A program made the translations under genes and the position numbers. The notes beneath the pieces are model-generated. The model made no database searches and was not told the origin of the DNA. It saw only the letters and a program-made list of their open reading frames with translations. This document shows, piece by piece, positions 29,536 to 37,667 of a stretch of 64,000 nucleotides of DNA; within the stretch, counting starts at the first letter, position 1; each line of letters begins with the position of its first letter. The stretch is from Thermoanaerobaculia bacterium (GTDB taxonomy: Bacteria; Acidobacteriota; Thermoanaerobaculia; Multivoradales; JAIOJS01), in NCBI GenBank assembly GCA_963837455.1, contig CAWINM010000001.1, forward strand, positions 2,184,202 to 2,248,201, in the 5' to 3' direction.

Positions 29536-31221
29536 ATGCCTCTCACCAGCTCTGCGCACGCGGCGCTCATGTTTCCGCGGCTGAGCTCCGCGCAGATTGC
29601 GCGGATCGCCTCCCGCGGAGTGATTCGTCCAATCACTCGCGGGGAAGTGTTGATCGAAGGCGGACAGACCAACGTGCCGTTCTTCGTCGTGAAGGTTGGT
29701 GAAATCGAGGTCATCCGTCCCTCGGCCCTGGGCGATCTTCTCGTGGCCGTCGTGCAGGCGGATCAATTCACGGGTGACGTCAGCATGATTCTCGGCCGCC
29801 CCGCGCTGATGCGCCTTCGCGCCAGCGAGTCGGGCGAAGTGGCCCAGCTGACAGGCGACCAAATGCACGCCCTCATCCAGACCGACGCCGAGATCGGCGA
29901 AGTGCTGATGAAGGCGTTGCTCTATCGACGGATCGAGCTGGTGACGCAGGAGATTGGCGACGCGCTGGTCATCGGCTCTGCCCACTCTGCGGCAACCCTG
30001 CGCATCAAGGCATTCCTCACGCGCAACGGGCACCCCTTCAAGTACCTCGACCTCGACCGTGATGCGGACGTGCGTGACTTGCTCGACCGCTTTCGAGTGG
30101 ACCCGGCCGAAATACCGGTCGTCATCTGCCGAGGCGAGGTGGTGTTGAAGAATCCCGGCAATCAGGAGATTGCTGATGGTCTCGGCTTCAACAGCCGTAT
30201 CGATCGGGCTCACCAGCGTGATGCCGTCATTGTCGGCGGCGGACCGGCGGGGCTTGCGGCTGCAGTCTACGCGGCCTCCGAGGGACTCGATGCGCTGATC
30301 CTCGAGACCAGTTCGCCCGGAGGGCAGGCCGGGTCGAGCTCGAGAATCGAGAACTACCTGGGGTTTCCCACAGGAATTTCAGGCCAAGAGCTGGCCGACC
30401 GCGGTTATGCCCAGGCGCAGAAATTTGGCGCCGAGATCATGATCGCAAAACGCGCCGCCGAGCTGACCTGCCAACAAGACACGTACTGCGTGCGACTGGA
30501 CGACGGCACGACGATCTCGGCCCGCGTGGTGATCATTGCCACAGGAGCCCGATATCGTAAGCCGTCGCTCGCGAATCTAGATCGGTTCGAAGGTGTTGGC
30601 GTCTATTACAGCGCGACCTTCATGGAGGAAGCGCAGCTCGGCGAAGGCGGCGAGGTGATCGTCGTCGGCGGTGGCAACTCGGCCGGTCAGGCCGCAGTGT
30701 TTCTGGCGCGGATGGGGAGACGGGTTCATCTCCTCGTCCGAGCCGACCGTCTCTCGGGAAGCATGTCGCGCTACCTCCTTCGCCGCATCGAGGAGACCCC
30801 AGCCATCCAGGTCAGAACGAGAACCGAGATCGTGACTCTCGAGGGAGACGGGAATCTGGAGCGCGTGCAGTGGCGCGACGGCAAGGGCGCTGTATCGAGT
30901 CACGAGATCAAGCACGTCTTCCTGATGACCGGGGCCGAGGCGAACACGGGCTGGCTGAATAGTCGTGTCACGCTCGATGAGCAGGGCTTCATCAAGACTG
31001 GACCGGATTTGACGCAGGCAGATCTGCGATCTGCCCAATGGCCGATCGAGCGCGCGCCGTATCTGCTCGAAACCTCGCTTCCGGGCGTGTTCGCCGTCGG
31101 CGACGTGCGGTGCGGCAACATCAAGCGGGTGGCTTCGGCTGTAGGAGAAGGATCGATCGCGATCTCGTTTGTCCATCGCGTGCTGGGCGAGGGCGCCGAC
31201 GTTACACCTCGCCGGCCATGA
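29536..31221 (+). CDS. fusion protein: N-terminal cyclic-nucleotide-binding domain plus a thioredoxin-reductase-like FAD/NAD(P) pyridine-nucleotide-disulfide oxidoreductase
   Basis: A cNMP-binding beta-roll (…RGEVLIEGGQTNVPFFVVKVGEIEVIRP…) is followed by VIVGGGPAGLAAAVYAASEGL, a second Rossmann motif VIVVGGGNSAGQAAVFLA, and the motif VFAVGDVRCGNIKRVASAVGEGSIA. Confidence 0.8.
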   Translation: MPLTSSAHAALMFPRLSSAQIARIASRGVIRPITRGEVLIEGGQTNVPFFVVKVGEIEVIRPSALGDLLVAVVQADQFTGDVSMILGRPALMRLRASESGEVAQLTGDQMHALIQTDAEIGEVLMKALLYRRIELVTQEIGDALVIGSAHSAATLRIKAFLTRNGHPFKYLDLDRDADVRDLLDRFRVDPAEIPVVICRGEVVLKNPGNQEIADGLGFNSRIDRAHQRDAVIVGGGPAGLAAAVYAASEGLDALILETSSPGGQAGSSSRIENYLGFPTGISGQELADRGYAQAQKFGAEIMIAKRAAELTCQQDTYCVRLDDGTTISARVVIIATGARYRKPSLANLDRFEGVGVYYSATFMEEAQLGEGGEVIVVGGGNSAGQAAVFLARMGRRVHLLVRADRLSGSMSRYLLRRIEETPAIQVRTRTEIVTLEGDGNLERVQWRDGKGAVSSHEIKHVFLMTGAEANTGWLNSRVTLDEQGFIKTGPDLTQADLRSAQWPIERAPYLLETSLPGVFAVGDVRCGNIKRVASAVGEGSIAISFVHRVLGEGADVTPRRP

Positions 31222-31767
31222 GGCCTCTCGCGGCCCGGCGCGCGCGCCGGGCGATCATAACCGATGAACGTCGAACGATCGCGGATCCAACGGCCCGGGG
31301 TTGGTAGGGCGAGCGCGCTCACGTCATTGGCCGTCGCGTCCGCTAGCGAGCTCGTACTCGAGCTCCGGGGGAGATGCGCCAGCCCTGGCGGAGAACTGCG
31401 GGCCGGCAATGCTTCGAGCCTCGAGGGGAACGATCGGTGGTGGTAGCCCATACGGTGGCGAGTTTGAACCAAGCGTGGGATTCGAACCGCATTTGCGCCT
31501 GGCTCCATGAAGTCGCGGCGCTGAGGCCGGCGGCGTGAGGCGAAGCCTACGCCAGCCGCGTCTTTCGGGTCCCCGTGCGGCGTCTCCGGTCCTGCCCTGC
31601 GGGCAGTCCGGGCGGCGCCGTCCCTCCCTGGCGTCCGCTGCCCGTCAGCGGAGCGGAGGGGCAGCATGGAGCGGAAGTCACCGATCCGGCAACTCAGTTT
31701 GGCCATACCAGACGCCCAAGCGATCGGGATAGGCCCGGGCGGGCGTACCCGCCCGGGTCCCCCCACA

Positions 31768-31800
31768 GAACCGGACGTGCGGATTTGCCGCATCCGGCTC
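31768..31800 (-). ncRNA. group II intron domain V (catalytic hairpin)
   Basis: Canonical 34-nt hairpin with an AGC triad, a bulge and a terminal tetraloop on the minus strand. Confidence 0.7.
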
Positions 31801-31827
31801 CTCGTGACACGGTTTCGCTGCGCGCCG

Positions 31828-32046
31828 TCAGACTGAGTGGACGATCCTCGGTCGGGGCAGAGGGTAGACCTTGAGGAGTCGGTTGAACCGCTCCCAAGAC
31901 ATCGTTCTCTTCCCAGACCGCCGGTCGAGCCACTTTCGCCACTCGCGGATGACCTCGTAGTAGACGTTGGCAAGCGCGCGGAAGTTGCCGCGGATCCCGT
32001 AGTAGGCGTAGTGGCCCAGCAGCCGACGCGACAGCTGCCGCTGCTG
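31828..32046 (-). pseudogene. intron-encoded protein, C-terminal (maturase/X-domain) part, separated from the rest by the IS21 insertion
   Basis: …QRQLSRRLLGHYAYYGIRGNFRALANVYYEVIREWRKWLDRRSGKRTMSWERFNRLLKVYPLPRPRIVHSV*. Confidence 0.7.
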
Positions 32047-32346
32047 ATTGCGGATTCCGGCCCAAGGCGACCACCCGTTCCGATCGAAGGCGACCACCCG
32101 TTCCGACGGGAAGGCGACCACTGATTCCGGCCTGAAGGCGACCACTTAGGGGTGGAGGTCCGGAAAGGGTGGTCGCCATCCCGGAAAGGGTGGTCGCCAT
32201 CGCCGGAATCGGTGGTCGTGATCCCGGAATGGCGGCCTCGATTCGCCGTAAGGCGAAGCGAGTGAATGGGTTGGGTGTGGGCTCCGACTCTGGCATCGTG
32301 CCCCCCTTCTACAAGGGGGCCCGAGATGCCGGCACGGAGAGTGAGC

Positions 32347-33888
32347 ATGCGGAAGATTCGCGAGGTTTTGCGTTTGCTGTGGGTGTGTGGCCTGAGCCAG
32401 CGGCGAGTGGCCTCCAGCTGCGGGATCAGCAAGACGGCGGTGGCCGAATGTGCCGCGCGCGCCCGGCGCAATGGGATGGACCAGGAGGCCACGAGAGCGC
32501 TGAGCGACATCGAGCTCGAGCAGCGGCTGTACCCGCGCGGTGAAGCGGTGTCGCGATCGCGGCCGGCGGTGGATTGGGCGGAGGTGCACCGCGAGCTCAA
32601 GGGCAAGGATGTGACGCTGCAGCTGGTGTGGGAGGAGTACCGGGAGCGCGAGCCGCAGGGCTACAGCTACAGCCGCTATTGCGAGTTGTACCAGGGATGG
32701 CGCCGGTGGGTTGATCTCACCATGCGTCAGGTGCATCGCGCCGGGGAGAAGCTTTTCGTCGACTACTGCGGCCGAACCGTCCCCGTCGTCGTCAGCGCGA
32801 GCGGTGAGGTGCGGCAGGCACAGGTCTTCGTCGCGGTGTGGGGAGCAAGTAACTACACCTACGCTGAGGCGACCTGGACGCAGAGCCTCCCGGATTGGAT
32901 CGGCGCCCACGTGCGCGCGTTCGAATTCAGTGGCGGTGTGCCCGAGATCGTCGTCCCGGATAACACGCGCACCGGGGTCAAGAGACCCTGTCGCTACGAG
33001 CCCGAGCTCAATCCCACGTACCGGGATCTGGCCACGCACTACGGCGTGGCGGTGATCCCGGCCCGCGTGCGGCGGCCACGAGACAAGGCCAAAGTCGAAG
33101 TGGGCGTGCAGGTCGTCCAGCGCTGGATTCTGGCGCGGCTGCGCCACCGGACCTTCTTCTCGCTCGCCGAGCTCAACCGCGCCATCCACGAATTGCTCGC
33201 GCGGCTCAATGAGCGGTCCTTTCGCAAGATCCCCGGCACACGCCGCTCGCTGTTCGAGAGTCTCGATCGGCCCGCGATGCGCCCCTTGCCGCAAGAGCGC
33301 TTCGTCTACGGGGAGTGGAAGAAGGCGCGCGTCAATGTGGATTACCACGTCGAGGTCGAGCGGCACTACTACAGCGTGCCCTACCAGCTGGTCGGCCAGC
33401 AGCTCGACGTGCGCCTCAGCGCCCAGACAGTGGAGTGTTTCCACGGCGACCAGCGCGTCGCCAGCCACGTGCGCAGCTTCCGTCGCGGGCTGCCCACCAC
33501 GGTCGCTGCGCACATGCCGCGGGCGCACCGGGACTACGTGGAGTGGACGCCCGAGCGACTCGTCCGCTGGGCCAAGCAGAGCGGACCCTCTGTCGCCGCT
33601 GTGGTCGAATCGATCCTCCTCAAGTACGTCCACCCCCAGCAGGGCTTTCGCGCCTGCCTGGGGATTCTCCGCCTGGGTCAACGCTACGGCGGTGAGCGGC
33701 TGGAGGCAGCCTGTCGGCGGGCCCTGAGTATCGGCTCGCCCTCCTATCGCAGCGTGCGGTCGATTCTCGAGCGAGGCCTCGATGCGCAGCTCGACATCGG
33801 TGTCGACGTCGCGACTGCTCACGCTGTCCTGCACGAGAATCTCCGCGGCGCCTCCTACTACGGCGGTGAGGAGGAGAAGCCATGCTGA
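32347..33888 (+). CDS. istA: IS21-family transposase IstA
   Basis: MRKIREVLRLLWVCGLSQRRVASSCGISKTAV… HTH followed by a DDE integrase core. Confidence 0.85.
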   Translation: MRKIREVLRLLWVCGLSQRRVASSCGISKTAVAECAARARRNGMDQEATRALSDIELEQRLYPRGEAVSRSRPAVDWAEVHRELKGKDVTLQLVWEEYREREPQGYSYSRYCELYQGWRRWVDLTMRQVHRAGEKLFVDYCGRTVPVVVSASGEVRQAQVFVAVWGASNYTYAEATWTQSLPDWIGAHVRAFEFSGGVPEIVVPDNTRTGVKRPCRYEPELNPTYRDLATHYGVAVIPARVRRPRDKAKVEVGVQVVQRWILARLRHRTFFSLAELNRAIHELLARLNERSFRKIPGTRRSLFESLDRPAMRPLPQERFVYGEWKKARVNVDYHVEVERHYYSVPYQLVGQQLDVRLSAQTVECFHGDQRVASHVRSFRRGLPTTVAAHMPRAHRDYVEWTPERLVRWAKQSGPSVAAVVESILLKYVHPQQGFRACLGILRLGQRYGGERLEAACRRALSIGSPSYRSVRSILERGLDAQLDIGVDVATAHAVLHENLRGASYYGGEEEKPC

Positions 33889-34640
33889 CGCAGCCCACCT
33901 TCGACAAGCTCGCCGCTCTGCGCCTTCAGGGTATGGCCAAGGCCCTGGCGGAGCAACTCGAGATGACCGACATCGACCAGCTCGACTTCACCGCTCGACT
34001 CGGGTTGCTGGTCGATCGGGAAATGACGGAGCGCGACAACCGCCGACTCCAGTATCACCTCGCCAAAGCGCGTTTCCGCCAAGCGGCCGCGGTCGAAGAC
34101 ATCGATTTCCGCACTCCTCGCGGACTCGATCGTCAGCTGTTCGCTGCGCTGTGCTCGTGCCAATGGGTCCGCGACCACCAAAACATCCTGATCACCGGCG
34201 CCACCGGGCTCGGCAAGAGCTTCCTCGCCTGCGCGCTGGGTCACAAGGCGTGCCGAGAAGGCTTCACCGCCCTCTACCATCGCTTGCCGCGTCTGCTGCC
34301 CGACCTGGCGATCGCCAAGGCAGACGGCCGCTACGGCAAGCTCCTCGCGGCTCTGGGCCGTACCGACGTCTTGCTGCTTGACGATTGGGGCGTTCTGGCC
34401 CTCAACGACGGTCATCGCCACGATCTGCTCGAGATCCTCGAGGACCGTTACGACCGCCGTTCCACGATCGTCACCAGTCAGCTTCCCGTCAGCTCCTGGC
34501 ATGAGGCGATCGGCCATCCAACACTCGCCGACGCCATCCTCGATCGACTCGTGCACAACGCCCATCGCGTGACTCTCAAAGGCAAAGAGTCGATCCGCAA
34601 GACCAAGGCCGTCACTCCGCACGCCGAGAGCGGCGAATGA
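33882..34640 (+). CDS. istB: IS21-family helper ATPase IstB
   Basis: Walker A ITGATGLGKSFLACALG, Walker B LLLDDWG. Its start overlaps the istA stop in an ATGCTGA. Confidence 0.9.
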   Translation: MLTQPTFDKLAALRLQGMAKALAEQLEMTDIDQLDFTARLGLLVDREMTERDNRRLQYHLAKARFRQAAAVEDIDFRTPRGLDRQLFAALCSCQWVRDHQNILITGATGLGKSFLACALGHKACREGFTALYHRLPRLLPDLAIAKADGRYGKLLAALGRTDVLLLDDWGVLALNDGHRHDLLEILEDRYDRRSTIVTSQLPVSSWHEAIGHPTLADAILDRLVHNAHRVTLKGKESIRKTKAVTPHAESGE

Positions 34641-35040
34641 ACGCGTGCCGCCAGACCGCCGCCCCGCCCGGCAAGAGACCGACACAGCCTGAGCGTCGCT
34701 GCGCTCCGATTACCGGATCCAGATGGGCTGCGGATCTGACGCGACTGTGGACCCCTGCGGACGTCGAAGACGACGCCCGCAGGTCCCACCCGCCCCCGGC
34801 CTCCGGCCGGGCACCCGTCCACAGCCGCTTGGAAATCGCCCACCCCCACGACCCCCACCCGGCGATTCCCACAGCTCCGCAGCCCCGGCGGCTGGCAGTA
34901 CACTCCCTCGAAGAAAAGGAGGCCTCAGACCCCCAAGACGACCACTTCAGCTAACCACGAGCCCCCGCCCGTCGCTTCGCTCCGACCGGTGGTCGCCTTC
35001 GTCGGAATACGTGGTCGCCTTCGCCGGAATACGCATGCTG

Positions 35041-36147
35041 CTCAGCCAGTGGCCAGTGACGGGCCCGTCCGCACCATTCCCGCGCCCGCTTCAACGACCG
35101 AGTCAACCGACTCGGGGCTGTTTTGCGCCTCACCACCCATGACCCCCGTTGCCGCCCTTTGGCCCAGAGGTGCGTGAATCCGAGAAAGACGAACGTGCCC
35201 GGACCCTCTGGTCCGGCACCGTCGCTTCCCCACGGTGGCCGTCGGAATTGCACCAGTCGCGCCTTCTCCGGATGCAGGCGCAGCCCGAAGCGGGCGAACC
35301 GCTTCGCCAGTACCTTCTCCACCCGGCGGGCGTCGTGCTCGTCGGCGAAGACGATCACAAGATCGTCCGCATACCGCACCAGCCTCGCGCGCCCACGAAG
35401 CCGCGGCTGGACATCCTCCGCAAACCACCGATCCACCACCTCGTGCAAATAGACGTTGGCGAGCAGAGGCGAGATGACGCCGCCTTGCGGCGTCCCCGCC
35501 TCCGAGTGGTGTACGCGCCCCTCCTCCATCACTCCCGCCTGCAGCCACTTGCCGATTGCTCTCCGGATGACCCCGTCGCGCACCCTGTGGTCGAGAAAGG
35601 CCCTGAGGTGTTCGTGACTCGAGCTCGTCAAAGAAGCTCTGGATGTCGACCTCGAGCACCCACCCGCCCCCGAGCTCCAGCAGCTCTGCGGCGCAGAACG
35701 CCGAGCGCATCGTGCGCCGAACGACCGGGCCGGAAACCGTACGAGCAGTCCAAGAAGTCCTCCTCGTAGACGGCCTCGAGCACCATCGCCACCGCACGCT
35801 GCAGCACCTTGTCCTCGAAGGTGGGTATCCCGATCGGGCGCGTCTCCGACCCGTCGCCCTTCGGAATGTGAACCCGCTTGACCGGCGGCGCCCGGTAGAG
35901 GCCCGACTTGAAGCGATCGAGCAGCGACCGAAGGTTGCCCCGCAGATTCTGCTCGTACTCCTTCGCTGTCTGGCCGTCGATGCCTGCCGCCCCGTCCTTG
36001 CGAGTCCGCCGAGTACGCCTCCCAGAGCCAGTGTTCGTCGATGTAGTGAGCCAGGGTCATGAACGACCGCTCGCGGTCCTCCCTCGCCAGCTCTGCTATC
36101 CGACGAAGTCGCGTTGAGATGCTCCCGAGATTCAGTGATCTCGACAT
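35041..36147 (-). pseudogene. intron-encoded reverse transcriptase, N-terminal and RT-domain part, with three internal frameshifts
   Basis: Frame A gives [47 protein letters not shown]. Frame C gives [17 protein letters not shown]…[45 protein letters not shown]. Frame B gives …[20 protein letters not shown]. Back in frame A the sequence runs [24 protein letters not shown]…[10 protein letters not shown]…[10 protein letters not shown]…. Confidence 0.7.
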
Positions 36148-36998
36148 CGTTCCCCTCGTTCGGTTCCGCGTCCCGGAGCCCCCTTCCCTCCACCGGGTCC
36201 CAACGGGTCGGTTCCCCGGCTTCGCCGGTACTACGGGGCTCTCTGACTCCTCGCCATCCCTCCCACAGCGACTGTGGTTTCCCTCGCTCGGGTGGTACCG
36301 CCTGTGCGGCCGCTCCTTCGCTCCCGCGGTGTGCGGCCGTCCTCGACCGCGGGCCTGGATCTTTGGTCAGCCGGATACCCACCCGGCGTTGTTCTTCGGC
36401 GGAGATGGAAAGGCCTCCCAGGTTCCTGGAGGGACCCTCTGGGCGTATGCCGTGCTCCTCGACCCCGGCCGAGCCCTCGGACCAGGCCATTGCGGCCTTC
36501 GGGTGCTGTCGCCCTAGCTGTGAACGAGCAACGACCTCCGGCAATCAATGACTTTCGAGGCTCACTCACACGGCCTTCGCCCTCGCTGTCTACGCTTCGC
36601 AGACGCCGCTTGCGCGTGCCGCCCACGCAAGACTCGCTTCCGGCTGGTGGCCAACCTTTGCCGGGCGGGAATTCCAACCCGCCAGGTCCCATCTGGAAAG
36701 TTTCCGGTTCTGTTGACTTGCGCCTACATCCCCTTCCTCCTTCCCCAGGCTTTGCCTGGCGCACTCACAGTTTCATCTAACAGATGCTGAGGGTGGTTCG
36801 GCAGTCCGAGGTTGGTCCAGGCGGTCCTCCAGCCTCATACGGCAGGCCCTCTACCTTGACCAGGAGGACGCCTACTCTGCCGGCGAGGTCGGGTTCCTGG
36901 CCCGCGCCCTGGTCCAGGCGACCCTCCCCCACAGTGACCCCAAGGCCAACGAGTTCGTCCGGCGGAACGGCCACTTCACCCTGTCCATCCTCGCGCCA

Positions 36999-37667
36999 AT
37001 GGACGTGGGCCTCCCCTACGGCCGCTACCCGCGGCTGGTGTTGGCGTACCTAAACACCGAGGCGGTGCGCCGAAAAAGCCGCGACATCGAGCTCGGTTCT
37101 CACTTCTCCCACTTCTGCGCGACGCTCGGAGTGCCGCCGACGACGGGGCCGCGCGGCTCCCTTCCGATGCTCCGCGAGCAGATGCAGCGGCTCTTCGCCT
37201 CCACGTTCCAGTGCGTCTTCCACGACGAGGCCGATGGACGCCACGCCGGCGACGGCTTCCTGGTCGCCGAAAAACGCGTCCTCTGGTGGGATCCACGCCA
37301 GCCGAAGGGCGACGCCGCGTGGGGCTCGCACGTGGTCCTCTCGGAGCGTTTCTTCCGCGAGGCCACCGAGACGCCCGTGCCCCTCGACCTCCGCGTACTG
37401 CGTGCGCTCCGCTCGCCGTTCGAGATCGACATCTACGTCTGGCTCACCTGGCGGTTCTACCGCCTGCGGCAGCCGGTCGTCATCCCCTGGAAGTCGCTGA
37501 TGCTCCAGTTCGGCTGCGGCTACGCGAACCCGCGCCACTTCAAGAATCGCTTTCTCGAGTACCTCCGGACGGTTCTCCTCTACTACCCCGACGCCAGGCT
37601 GGAGCAGGCGAGTGGTGGCCTGCGTTTGAAGCCGTCTCCCACTCACATTCCCGGCGAGCGCCGATGA
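36999..37667 (+). CDS. repA: RepA-like replication initiator protein. Homology continues upstream to about 36850 with no in-frame ATG, so the true start is uncertain
   Basis: …SPFEIDIYVWLTWRFYRL… and …RLVLAYLNTEAVRRKSRDIELGSHF… match plasmid/ICE RepA proteins. The same frame upstream reads …SAGEVGFLARALVQATLPHSDPKANEFVRRNGHFTLSILAP…. Confidence 0.65.
   Translation: MDVGLPYGRYPRLVLAYLNTEAVRRKSRDIELGSHFSHFCATLGVPPTTGPRGSLPMLREQMQRLFASTFQCVFHDEADGRHAGDGFLVAEKRVLWWDPRQPKGDAAWGSHVVLSERFFREATETPVPLDLRVLRALRSPFEIDIYVWLTWRFYRLRQPVVIPWKSLMLQFGCGYANPRHFKNRFLEYLRTVLLYYPDARLEQASGGLRLKPSPTHIPGERR

Larger units (their letters stand above)
32047..35035 (+). mobile_element. IS21-family insertion sequence (about 2.99 kb) with a 5-bp target-site duplication TGCTG (32042-32046 and 35036-35040) and multi-repeat termini
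   Basis: Near-perfect terminal inverted repeats (ATTGCGGATTCCGGCCCAAGGCGACCAC … GTGGTCGCCTTCGCCGGAATACGCA) plus reiterated GGCGACCAC…TTCCG subterminal repeats. Removing the IS and one TSD copy restores the intron RT reading frame (…LAEQQRQLSRRLLGHY…). Confidence 0.7.
31723..36764 (-). mobile_element. group II intron, about 2.05 kb without the nested IS. Its 5' end GUGCG is at 36764 and domain V is at 31800-31768. It is interrupted by an IS21-family element
   Basis: The minus strand begins GTGCGCCAGG…. The intron-encoded reverse transcriptase/maturase lies in domain IV. Domain V is GAGCCGGATGCGGCAAATCCGCACGTCCGGTTC, followed by a domain VI hairpin and a …CCTATCCCGAT 3' end. Confidence 0.75.

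Noticed and set aside
32040-32150. Tandem/palindromic GGCGACCAC…TTCCG repeats, at first considered a stand-alone repeat array or CRISPR-like structure
   Set aside because: They recur at 34985-35035 in inverted orientation and bracket istA/istB. They are the multi-repeat termini characteristic of IS21-family elements, not an independent array.
32146-33834. 562-aa minus-strand ORF inside the IS21 element
   Set aside because: Antisense to istA, whose translation carries clear transposase motifs.
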